DNA from: a candidate division WOR-3 bacterium
GTDB lineage: Bacteria > Hydrothermota > Tepidihabitantia > B3-TA06
DNA length: 64,000 nucleotides
NCBI GenBank assembly: GCA_965649265.1
Contig: CBFGKC010000003.1
Coordinates: 1-64,000 of the forward strand
Direction of reading: 5' to 3'
Both the position numbers and the translations under genes were made by a program. Under the pieces are notes generated by a model. It had not been told where the DNA came from. It saw nothing but the letters and a program-made list of their open reading frames with translations, and searched no databases. This document shows positions 36,375-45,417 of this stretch, one piece after another; position 1 is the stretch's first letter; each line of letters opens with the position of its first letter.

Positions 36375-39035
36375 TTACAGACCGTATTTTTCCTTGCGTA
36401 TCTCGAACGCCTCGCGGCCGCCCTCAAGGATGCGCTCGACGACCTCCTTTATGACGGGCGAGTCAAGATAACCGTAACGGCCTTCCTTGAGATACGAATG
36501 ATCCACGTCCGCTTCGAGAGCGAGTATCTGTGCAGCATCGCCTAAAACGGGTATGTTGGCGTTGTGAGTCGCTACAAGGAACTGGCGCTTGTCCATCTCG
36601 GATCGGAAGCGCTCGGCGATTTCCTCCACGATGAAGGCGTTATCCAGATCCTCTTCCGGTTGGTCGACAATCAAGGGGTAAGGGGAGGTAAGCATCAGTA
36701 TTCCAAGAATGGCCGTGCAGCGCTGGCCATCCGAAAGGTGGCCGACGTCTCTGTAGCGCGGATCCCTGGTCGAACCGAGGTTGAGCTGAATGGCGACTTT
36801 TGGCGGGACGTCGACGGTCTCAAGATGCGCGAGGGTCTCCTCGTCGAAGCGGGGAACAAGGCTGTCCGGGCCCAGCTTGAGAAGCGCGGCAAGAGCGTCG
36901 CGATCACCGGATCTCGAGAGTTCGACAACTCTTGTGAAACTAAACTGTTCGTCGTTGACGATGCGGAGAGCAGTTTCTCGATTGATGGTCGGAACTATCT
37001 TCCGTATCTCGATGGCGGAACGTTCCGGATCGCCCTTCTCTGAGAGGTCTATTTTAATCTTTCCGCCAAGATCGGCATTCCATTTAGCCACCTTTTCCGC
37101 GAGTGTCGAGAATCTTAGTTTTCTGAGATCGCGAATCCGTTCGAGCATGAGCCGGCGTTCGTCGCGTTTCATGGAGAGCCTGAGCGATAGGGCGTCGCGT
37201 TCAAGCTTGCGCTCGCGCAGGCGCATGGCTTCTTTCTCCAGAGTGATGAACTCGTTGACATCTATGCCTGGGAAGCGCGCCTGAAGAGCTCGCAGGCTTT
37301 CCTGAAAACGCTCCTCGCCTTCCGCGTAAAGCCTTTCCCACTGTCCGCGGAAAGTGTTGTGCGAGGTCTCGGTGGTCTGAAGCGAGGCTATCAATGCCTG
37401 TACGTTGCGCTCGAAATCGGCAACAAACTCGACAAGTGTATTCTTGTATTCGCCAAGAAGTTCGGGGTGAAGCGGAGCCTCCCCCTCCTCTTGCAAGGCG
37501 CGGAGTCTTGAAGATGTCTCGCCGATTAGACTCAAAAGCATCCTCTTTATATCCGAAAGGACGTTCTCGCCGCGTTCAAAGATGTGACCTTCCTGCTCGA
37601 ACTTGCGTTTTTCCTCGATTTTTGCAGGAACGTCCATTTCGAGAAAACGGGCAAGCTTCTCCTCTGTAACGGGGAGCTTTGCGAGTTCGGTATCTCTCTT
37701 GGAAAATTCCGCGGCAATGGATGTTATCTCCTGCGTTTGCTTGGCAAGCTTTTCGAGAAGAGCGGTTTCCTCTTCACTATATGCGTTAAGTTCTTTCTCA
37801 GCAAGGCGTTCGAGAAGCGTTATCTGGAAATCCTGCCTTTTGGAGATTTCGTAAATCTCCTTGTTGCCGAACACCTCTGCACGGAATATATCCTTCGGGT
37901 TCAAGCTAAGCTTGGCACCGGTTTCTGAATCCCGCACGACGGGCTCAAATGGATAGATGCGTTCAATGATGTAACGCTTGGGCTGTGGTTCGTGCGATTC
38001 GACAAGAAGCGATATCTTTGAACCGGGAAGAAACACGTCTCGCAGCACCTGATCGTGATTCTCTCTGTTGCGATCGGTTTTGGGTTTTTCGTCGAGGGCG
38101 AAGCGAAGGGTTTCAATGATTGTCGTCTTACCGGTTCCGCGTCCGCCTATCATCGCATTGAAGCCAGGGTTGAGATGGATCTCGAGGTCGCTCAGGAATC
38201 CCCCTTCCCAGCGGGCCGCAAGTATCTTGGAGTATATTCTTTCCTCCGCCTCGTGAGGGAAACGAATCTTGGCTTTCCAGTCGAGAAGAGCGATTCGGAG
38301 TCCTTCCAGGTTGTGAGTTCCGAGCTTTATCGAAACCTTCTTTGTACCCACGTCTTGCGGCTTTGATGCAAAGGAACCTGCAAGCCTGGCAAGAGGCATC
38401 CGGCGTTCGAAGCCTTTCCTTGTTCCTGAAAGAAGTTCCTCGTCATCCGCCGATAAATGCTTGGTGGAATCGGGCAGAATAACTCCCCAAATCCATGGAT
38501 CGGCCAGAAGGGCGGGATGCTCCTTCAATACCTTGTTGTAATACAAAAGAACCATGCCTTCGGCCTTGCGGGCGCGTGCGACGGCATCTCGCGGCGAAAG
38601 CGCTACCGGTACAGGCTTGTTGTTGCGAAAGAAACGCTCACCTTGTCCCAGTCCCATCTCCGTCAGGAATGCGTCAATCTCGTGCTGTTTCTTTCCGGGC
38701 TCAAACAAAACCACTATGTCAACACCGTCTTCAAGCAATATCCGAAGCCCAGGGTAAATGCTAACACCGCGATTCTTAGCCTCGACCCCTAAATCGTCCA
38801 GCCAGGCTCCCCTTTCCTCGAGTCCTAAATTGTAATCTGCCGCCCCAACAAGACGGATATTTTTTTCCACCGCAGACGACACGATCAGATTGATAATCTC
38901 CTTCCTTGAGCTTTCTACCCCTGGATCAAATCCCTCGGGCTCTTTGTAATCGGGCGAGGCAGGGGTTTTTATAGCCAGGTCGGCCCAGATTGCCTTCGCT
39001 CCGTTTGCTTTAGCAAGAAGGTCTTCAAACGGCAT
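36375..39035 (-). CDS. TrlF/Ppl-like PHP-fold plus SMC/ABC-type ATPase
   Basis: Walker A GGRGTGKTT; coiled coil; signature LSDGQ; Walker B/D-loop LIVDQPEEDLD; ATHNANIPVLGDA; LEGG..AF..R..KY terminus. Confidence 0.82.
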   Translation of the reverse strand: MPFEDLLAKANGAKAIWADLAIKTPASPDYKEPEGFDPGVESSRKEIINLIVSSAVEKNIRLVGAADYNLGLEERGAWLDDLGVEAKNRGVSIYPGLRILLEDGVDIVVLFEPGKKQHEIDAFLTEMGLGQGERFFRNNKPVPVALSPRDAVARARKAEGMVLLYYNKVLKEHPALLADPWIWGVILPDSTKHLSADDEELLSGTRKGFERRMPLARLAGSFASKPQDVGTKKVSIKLGTHNLEGLRIALLDWKAKIRFPHEAEERIYSKILAARWEGGFLSDLEIHLNPGFNAMIGGRGTGKTTIIETLRFALDEKPKTDRNRENHDQVLRDVFLPGSKISLLVESHEPQPKRYIIERIYPFEPVVRDSETGAKLSLNPKDIFRAEVFGNKEIYEISKRQDFQITLLERLAEKELNAYSEEETALLEKLAKQTQEITSIAAEFSKRDTELAKLPVTEEKLARFLEMDVPAKIEEKRKFEQEGHIFERGENVLSDIKRMLLSLIGETSSRLRALQEEGEAPLHPELLGEYKNTLVEFVADFERNVQALIASLQTTETSHNTFRGQWERLYAEGEERFQESLRALQARFPGIDVNEFITLEKEAMRLRERKLERDALSLRLSMKRDERRLMLERIRDLRKLRFSTLAEKVAKWNADLGGKIKIDLSEKGDPERSAIEIRKIVPTINRETALRIVNDEQFSFTRVVELSRSGDRDALAALLKLGPDSLVPRFDEETLAHLETVDVPPKVAIQLNLGSTRDPRYRDVGHLSDGQRCTAILGILMLTSPYPLIVDQPEEDLDNAFIVEEIAERFRSEMDKRQFLVATHNANIPVLGDAAQILALEADVDHSYLKEGRYGYLDSPVIKEVVERILEGGREAFEIRKEKYGL

Positions 39036-39304
39036 GGTTCCTCCTTAAGGCTCTATTGTACCACTAATCCGTGCTTTAGTCAAGGATCAGCGTGTTTCGC
39101 CGTTTTTCCTTTGATTTCTGCAGATTTCCCGGCGTCACTTAAATTCCGTTATCAATAACACTTGAAGTGCCTTCCGGTGGTTCACAGTTGCCATAGGTCT
39201 CCTTTTTTTCTTCTGGATTGTTTAAACTTGACAACTAAAAAGTTTTTCGTAGACTGACCAGACTTGATTAAACGAACTTAAACCCCACCAGAGGAGGAAG
39301 GCCA

Positions 39305-40249
39305 ATGAAGGTCCTCGTAACCGGGGCTAACGGCTTTTTGGGTTCGCATCTCGTGGATCGGCTTGTCGCCGAGAACGAAGAAGTGGTGGCTCTCGATCCG
39401 ACCAACGGTCGCGGTTTCATCACCAACAATGCGCGCATCTACCGTCAGGACTATTCATCAGGCGGCCTCGAGAAGATATTCGAAAAGGAACGGCCTGAGT
39501 TCGTATGTCATTTCGCCTCCGAGGACACGATCGTCACGAGTTTCGAACGGCCGGTGGAGAATGCGAACCACATCCTTTTTACTCTGCTTCTTCTCGAACA
39601 ATGCAAGAGGTATCAGGTAAAAAGGGTCATCTATGCCTCCTCTGCCGCCGTTTACGGCAATCCCCAGTATCTGCCTTGCGACGAGGTGCATCCCACGCAC
39701 CCGGTTTCTCCACTGGGAGTCACGCAGCAGACGGTGGAGAGCTACCTTTACTTCTACTGGGTAAACTTCGGGCTCGATCACACCATACTCCGGGCCGCCA
39801 ACGTCTACGGCCCTCGCCAGACCGCGGGAAGACAGGGCGGCATAGTTTCCACGCTCGTAGACGGGATGTTGCGGAAGCAAGAAGTGATTCTGAACGGCGA
39901 CGGGATGCAGGAGAGGGACTTTCTTTTCTTTTCCGACTACATGGATGCGACCATGGCGGCGCTCAGGCTTTCGGAAAGACAGAGCAAGCGCGCCGCCGCC
40001 ACGGACTTCATATTCAATATCGGCAGGGGAGAGTCATCTTCCATCATGGAGCTTTTCTCCATGCTCGGGGAAAGGATTCCTTATCCTAGAAAACCGGTAC
40101 GCGGACCCCAGAGGCCTTGCGAGGTTTTCGTCATGAGCCTCGATCCTTCACGGTCCATGAAAACACTTGGTTGGAAACCTAAGGTTTCTCTGGCCGAAGG
40201 GCTTGACCGCACCATCCTCTGGTTCAAGAAAGAACTCAAGATAAAATAG
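39305..40249 (+). CDS. NAD-dependent epimerase/dehydratase-fold (GalE-like) protein lacking catalytic YxxxK
   Basis: TGANGFLGS, ASSAAVYG, NVYGPRQ, GDGMQERDF; PVSPLGVTQ in place of P.SPYG.SK. Confidence 0.8.
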   Translation: MKVLVTGANGFLGSHLVDRLVAENEEVVALDPTNGRGFITNNARIYRQDYSSGGLEKIFEKERPEFVCHFASEDTIVTSFERPVENANHILFTLLLLEQCKRYQVKRVIYASSAAVYGNPQYLPCDEVHPTHPVSPLGVTQQTVESYLYFYWVNFGLDHTILRAANVYGPRQTAGRQGGIVSTLVDGMLRKQEVILNGDGMQERDFLFFSDYMDATMAALRLSERQSKRAAATDFIFNIGRGESSSIMELFSMLGERIPYPRKPVRGPQRPCEVFVMSLDPSRSMKTLGWKPKVSLAEGLDRTILWFKKELKIK

Positions 40250-40395
40250 CCCTCCAGCCCTCCTCCCTCCCCGTTTCAGTCTGTTACTCTTCCCGTTGAA
40301 GGGAAGGTATCTTTTTTTAAAGAAAGAACCAACGCTAAAATATCCCACTGACCCTCCTCCCCTTGCACTCTCTGGACCCTCCTCACCCTGTCAGA

Positions 40396-41007
40396 TTACT
40401 CCTCATCGGCAGAAAAGATGTTCCTGTTGCGTCCAAGAATGTGCCAGTGGAAGCTGCCTTCCGTTTCCTGTTCCTCGTCACGGATGTCGATAATTTCCAT
40501 TTTTTTAAAAAGCGCGACTATCTCGGCGGCATCGCAAAAATGAAGTCTTTGTCCATCGGAAAGAAATGTATTAGGCTCGATCTCATCGCCCACTCCGAAC
40601 CGTGAGTTTTTCGTGGAGGCAAGTGTTAAATAAAAAAAGCCGTCCTTGCGAAGCAGGTCGAATTTAGAGGAAAGCTTTTCCCTCAGTTCTTCAAAAGATT
40701 GCTCGTAAAGAGTATTGAAGGCGAAGAGGAAATCAAACGAACCTGGGTTAAGTTTCGATACCTCATTGGAAGAGTCCCAGAGGATTTTTATCCTCGAACC
40801 GAAGGAACTCAGCTGTTCGTTTCCAGGGTCTAGTCCACAATCGCTGGAATAGAGCAGGGTTACTTTGAATCCTTCACGCGCGAATAAAAGGGTGCTTGCG
40901 GGCTCAGAACAACCGACCTGAAGAATCTTCTGAACTCCTTCCGCGTGAAGGAAGCGAGAGACGACTACCAGACGTCTGGTCGAGATATCGGTTCTGTCCT
41001 TGAGCAC
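40396..41007 (-). CDS. Class I SAM-dependent methyltransferase-fold protein, degenerate motif I
   Basis: ILQVGCSEPA (motif I), SFDFLFAFNTL, LRKDGFFYL. Confidence 0.65.
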   Translation of the reverse strand: MLKDRTDISTRRLVVVSRFLHAEGVQKILQVGCSEPASTLLFAREGFKVTLLYSSDCGLDPGNEQLSSFGSRIKILWDSSNEVSKLNPGSFDFLFAFNTLYEQSFEELREKLSSKFDLLRKDGFFYLTLASTKNSRFGVGDEIEPNTFLSDGQRLHFCDAAEIVALFKKMEIIDIRDEEQETEGSFHWHILGRNRNIFSADEE

Positions 41008-41027
41008 TTATCCCTGTCGGTCAAGGT

Positions 41028-41468
41028 TCATTCATCGAACCATCTTTTAAGTGTTTCTCTCATCTTGCGTTCCACTTTTTCATCAAGGTCCTTTTCTTCC
41101 AGAAGCTTACGTTCAAGGAGTTCGCGGAGCCTTTTGCGCTCCCTCTGGCATTTGTTCAACCGGGCGGTTGCTCCTCCTCCTCCCCCCCAGATGATAAGGA
41201 TTCCCAGAAGGAACCCGAAGTCGTACCAGCCTCCGTTGTTGAAACGCTCATAGATCTCGACGTTCTGGTTGAAGAGCGAGATGATGAAGGTTATTATGGA
41301 AATCATTCCGTGCCACAACCCTTGCCAGAAACCGGCGGGATTCTGGACGTTCCAGCGGGTAACGTCGCCTGCGGCGCATCCAAGAGAAAAGACAACCAAC
41401 GCCCCGACCGCAGTCAGGACAAGATATTTAAGGGTTTTAGAGCTAACCCGGGTTGGAGAAGATACCAC
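41028..41468 (-). CDS. Hypothetical membrane/lipoprotein
   Basis: LGC lipobox-like; AGFWQGLWHG, IYE..NNGGWYDFGFLLG. Confidence 0.7.
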   Translation of the reverse strand: MVSSPTRVSSKTLKYLVLTAVGALVVFSLGCAAGDVTRWNVQNPAGFWQGLWHGMISIITFIISLFNQNVEIYERFNNGGWYDFGFLLGILIIWGGGGGATARLNKCQRERKRLRELLERKLLEEKDLDEKVERKMRETLKRWFDE

Positions 41469-41621
41469 TTATCCTCCTTATATCTAATATCTAAACTATA
41501 CTAAATAATGCCTGTTAGTCAAGGGGAGCAAACCTCCTCGGGTGAAAGCCAAAACCGGTTTTTTGCCGTTATCCCCTTTTTGCTGGATGAGGGATTCACG
41601 TTACAATACATGTTTTTTCCC

Positions 41622-42350
41622 TCATTGAGTGCTTGTTGACATCTCGAGTCTGGATTGAAGGAACCGGGGTGGTACATAGGCGAAAAAGCCTATGATAGCG
41701 GCAGCAAGGATCACTAACCTGAGCCAGGGCGGGCCGGGTCTGAGATAGTCCACGATTATCGCCGAAAGGGCGATAAGAAAGGAGAGGGAGGTCATAGGTA
41801 TGCGGTAGCGGGCCATTTTCGACCTTGCCCGCAGAAGTGCGAGATTCATTCCCAGCATGGCCAGTGCTCCCGGAACATAGAGGCCGAATATGGCTATCAG
41901 CCTGGCAATTTCGCTCGAAGGTTCCCATTCCGTGTACCAGAACTCGACAGTGTAGTTCGCCGCTCCTGCCGAGATGTTGATGATGTTCCAGACCAGCCAT
42001 ACGGCTATGAAAATTGAGGATACACCCAGGGCCAGATTCCTTTTCGAGGTAAGGAAATATACGAGAAGAAACACGGGAGGAGCAACAAGGAGACCCCCGA
42101 AAACGTTATCAACGAAGAAGAAGATGTAGTCAAGCTCCTGCCATCCAAGGTATCCGGCGGTCGTCCTCAGCGCGACGAAAAAGTAAAGGAGTGCGAGCGA
42201 GATCCAGTAAAAAGTAAAGGCGAAGCCAGCAGCTCTTACCCTTTCTCCCTTTTGCCGGCGCGCGACTATAATGCCCAGGAGCATTGATACCACAGCGATT
42301 GCAAGGCTGACTCCGACGTTTATTAATAGACCATACTTATCCGTGTGCAT
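41622..42350 (-). CDS. Stand-alone 7-TM membrane protein (HisKA_7TM-like sensor?)
   Basis: Seven hydrophobic segments and no cytoplasmic output domain; GGAGG RBS. Confidence 0.7.
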   Translation of the reverse strand: MHTDKYGLLINVGVSLAIAVVSMLLGIIVARRQKGERVRAAGFAFTFYWISLALLYFFVALRTTAGYLGWQELDYIFFFVDNVFGGLLVAPPVFLLVYFLTSKRNLALGVSSIFIAVWLVWNIINISAGAANYTVEFWYTEWEPSSEIARLIAIFGLYVPGALAMLGMNLALLRARSKMARYRIPMTSLSFLIALSAIIVDYLRPGPPWLRLVILAAAIIGFFAYVPPRFLQSRLEMSTSTQ

Positions 42351-42375
42351 GAGGCCTCCTCTTGGTTTTCAAGGT

Positions 42376-43020
42376 TTATCCGAAAAACTCGTCCACTTCT
42401 GACGCTATTTCAAGGAGAGGGAAGACACGGACGGTCTCGCCCTCCGCGAGCCCGAGCTCTGTCAGGGCAGAGGTGTTCAATTCCACCGCGTCGCCCAGGC
42501 CTTTACGGGTTTTTATCTTGAAAACGCGTGACTTTCCCGATGAAGACTTTATCTCCACCTGCCTCACCGTCGTTGAGCCTTTTGACAGTTTCCTCCACTC
42601 ATCCAGGACGTTGAGGTCGAGCACGACCTGGTCGAATCTTATCTTGCCGGCCACGGTTTGCAGTTCCTTCTCGCCTGGTTCCTTTGTTGAGGACGCGAGT
42701 GTTGACTCCAGCTGTTTCAGCACCCTGTCAAGGGCGGCTTTGAGCAGCAGCAGCTTCATGGAGAGCTGGCCGATGACGACGATGAAACCCTTCTCGAACG
42801 TTCGAATCGCGATGCGGCCCTCCTTGAATGTTCCGTATATGGCCTGAGGCTTTTGCTTGTGAGACTGGATACCCAGGCTGAATGCGTATCCGATGTTGGA
42901 AAGCAATGATTCATCCGTTTCATGAGTGAACGAGGATTCCAGAACCTGCCCCTCGTTATTGCAGAGGATTACCCCTTCAAGTCCTGCGACGGAGTGGAGT
43001 GACGTAAGAGCTTCCTTCAT
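42376..43020 (-). CDS. Roadblock/LC7 domain protein with additional C-terminal beta domain
   Basis: N-terminal L..VAGLEGVILCNNEGQVL roadblock pattern; C-terminal ELGLAEGETVRVFP. Confidence 0.7.
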   Translation of the reverse strand: MKEALTSLHSVAGLEGVILCNNEGQVLESSFTHETDESLLSNIGYAFSLGIQSHKQKPQAIYGTFKEGRIAIRTFEKGFIVVIGQLSMKLLLLKAALDRVLKQLESTLASSTKEPGEKELQTVAGKIRFDQVVLDLNVLDEWRKLSKGSTTVRQVEIKSSSGKSRVFKIKTRKGLGDAVELNTSALTELGLAEGETVRVFPLLEIASEVDEFFG

Positions 43021-43024
43021 TATC

Positions 43025-43924
43025 TCAGGATTCCTCTCTCAGGCGCTTCTCTATCTCAGAGCCGATCATGGCCGACGAAGAGTCGAAGTTTATTTTTGTT
43101 CCTATGTAAGTGTTTTTGAAGGGGTGAACGAGTATCCTGTGATCTGAAAATTCAATGGAACCATGAACCAGTTTGCCTTTGGCGAAAGTCTCTCCAACCT
43201 GCTCAAGCGCTTCTCCAAGAAGGGCAAGAAGCTGCGCCGTCTCCTGCCCGGAATCCATTTCCTGAGCCTCGAGGAGTGAGCCGTCCATGGAGGCGACGAT
43301 GATGCCTTTAACTCCCTCAATAGACATTACCTTTTGGGCAATTGGAGAACCTTCTGTGAAGCGGGTTTCCTGGGCTCTAACGGTTTCCGGTTCCTTACCG
43401 GTAACCGGCTTGGCGGGCTGTTCTGCAGGTCCCTGGGGTTCCCTGGACATCGGGGTTGGCGCTGGTTCTCTCTTGCCTGCAGATAAATCAGTCTGAGGAG
43501 GAGCCGCTTTTAACTCAAGAGAGGTTTTTCCCGTGGGAGGGGGAGGGGTGGCTATCTCGAAAACCGTCTCCCTGGTTTCGGTTTTGTTTGCGGGTTCGGT
43601 GGTTTTCGATTTGGCTCGATCCTCGATTTCGGTGAACAGCTTGTCGAGGGGTTCATTAATGGTTCTTACAGGAAGAACGGGCAGCTCCTCGAGCCAGTAT
43701 TTGCCCTTTGACCAGGACAGAATGAGCGTGAGTGCATCCAGACCGGAAAGGTTGCGGCAAGCGGCGTTCCTTACACTGCCTGCAGAGCAATGTATTATGG
43801 CTTCCTCACCGTTTTCGGCCTTAAGGAGTACCTCGTATGTTCCGGTGAGCTGACAAATTAACTGTATAAGGTTTTTTAATCTCTGGGTAGAGTCGAACTC
43901 TCCGAAAGTGTCCTGAAGAAGCAT
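43025..43924 (-). CDS. DUF4388-like domain, Pro-rich linker and Roadblock/LC7 domain protein
   Basis: L.NLIQLI...G.VRNA...GLDAL..ILSW..G.Y (DUF4388); IEGVKGIIVASMDGSLL (roadblock). Confidence 0.75.
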   Translation of the reverse strand: MLLQDTFGEFDSTQRLKNLIQLICQLTGTYEVLLKAENGEEAIIHCSAGSVRNAACRNLSGLDALTLILSWSKGKYWLEELPVLPVRTINEPLDKLFTEIEDRAKSKTTEPANKTETRETVFEIATPPPPTGKTSLELKAAPPQTDLSAGKREPAPTPMSREPQGPAEQPAKPVTGKEPETVRAQETRFTEGSPIAQKVMSIEGVKGIIVASMDGSLLEAQEMDSGQETAQLLALLGEALEQVGETFAKGKLVHGSIEFSDHRILVHPFKNTYIGTKINFDSSSAMIGSEIEKRLREES

Positions 43925-44124
43925 AAAGTATTATAGAATAGGTAAGAATTGATGCTTGTCAAGAGAAAGCGGTTGCAGAGTCGGAAAAAGCAAAAGAGAC
44001 GTTCAAAAAACGGCTTTGAGCATTTCCAAAGGGACTGATGCATTACCACTCAACACCTCAGAAACCATCTTTTCGAGAGTTCCTATGTACGTCCGAAAAC
44101 GGACTGCAAGGAGAGGGTGCGTTC

Positions 44125-45417
44125 TTAAAAAGTTGTCCCGCTTGCCCAGTTGAAGTCCTCGACAAGAATCGAAGGTAAAAGCATCGCTCCCTGGCGGCGT
44201 TCGACTGTTCCCATTGCCAGAGGGTTTTTGAGAATCCTCATGGGTGAATCATTGAATCTCATGTGCTTTACCGCATGTTTAATCTTGCCGTCTTCAACAT
44301 AGAAGAAACCGTCGCGGCTCGTGCCCGTAAGCACAAGATCCATCGGGTTCACGTAACGGATATACCAGAGATTCATGACCAGGAGTCCTTTGTCTATCTT
44401 GCGAATCAACTCATCAAGGCTCTTGTTGCCGCCGGTCATAGAGAAAGTCATCGACGAAGTAACGACAGGTATGCGCTGCTTCTTTGCCCAGTACCTGGAC
44501 GTCCAGAGATTCGTCAGAGTTCCGTTTTCGATGTATGCCGTTTTCTTTCTGGCAATGCCGTCATTGTATAAATCCATGGGCGTTCCCGGATTCCTGGGAT
44601 CCGAAGGATCGGATATTATGTCTATTTTCGAGGAGATGAGCTTTTTACCGAGTTTGTCTTTGAAGAAGCTTCGACCTTCGTCCGCAGCGCGTCTGTCCAT
44701 TTGAAAGACCGCGAAAGGCATCAATTCGGCAAGGGCTCTTGCGGTGATAAGTGTTTTGTAAACGCCGGGTTTGAGTTCCTTCGGGTTTCGACCGAGTTCC
44801 TCTGTGCGAAAAGCCTCGATTGCTAGCGCCTGTGGATTGATTTTAGCAATATCCTCGTCCTGGGCCACGGCGGACCCGGATGAATCACCGGTCTGGGCGG
44901 TCATCGAAAACTCCGCCTCTGTCCATACGTGCTCTCCGGCCAGTCCTCGTGTGTTCCCGACGTAGAGGCCATAATCACCTGAACGGTATATGCCTGATGC
45001 AGTCGTTTTGCGCGAGGCTGCCTCGGCCGTGATCTCGCGAATCACCCTTGCCTTAGCGTCTACCGGTGTCTTTGCGGTCTTCTCGAAGAATCGCTCGACC
45101 TTAAGGAAGCGCTGACCTTGAGGCAACTCGATATACTCGGGGTCCTCGGGAGTGGCCTTGACTATGGCTTCGGCCTTGCGGAGAGCCGCCAGCACTCCGC
45201 GCGAAGAGACGTCGGATGTCTCGGCCTTGCCTCTGCGGTGTTTGTTAACAGCGGTAACCTCGAGATTGATGCGGTGCCTTGTGGTGTTCTGCGTTATCCG
45301 GTTCTCGGCGAAGCGAGAAAGATTCTCGTTCTCCACATAGAGAGTAACGTTTGCATCCTCGACTTTCTTGCGCTTGGATATGAGATCTATGGTTTCTTTG
45401 AGCCAGTCTTTGTTCAT
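44125..45417 (-). CDS. TldD/PmbA family protein (TldE-like subunit)
   Basis: SRFAENRITQN, EGRSF, TGTSRDG, MRFNDS; ATG at 45417 overlaps upstream stop. Confidence 0.85.
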   Translation of the reverse strand: MNKDWLKETIDLISKRKKVEDANVTLYVENENLSRFAENRITQNTTRHRINLEVTAVNKHRRGKAETSDVSSRGVLAALRKAEAIVKATPEDPEYIELPQGQRFLKVERFFEKTAKTPVDAKARVIREITAEAASRKTTASGIYRSGDYGLYVGNTRGLAGEHVWTEAEFSMTAQTGDSSGSAVAQDEDIAKINPQALAIEAFRTEELGRNPKELKPGVYKTLITARALAELMPFAVFQMDRRAADEGRSFFKDKLGKKLISSKIDIISDPSDPRNPGTPMDLYNDGIARKKTAYIENGTLTNLWTSRYWAKKQRIPVVTSSMTFSMTGGNKSLDELIRKIDKGLLVMNLWYIRYVNPMDLVLTGTSRDGFFYVEDGKIKHAVKHMRFNDSPMRILKNPLAMGTVERRQGAMLLPSILVEDFNWASGTTF

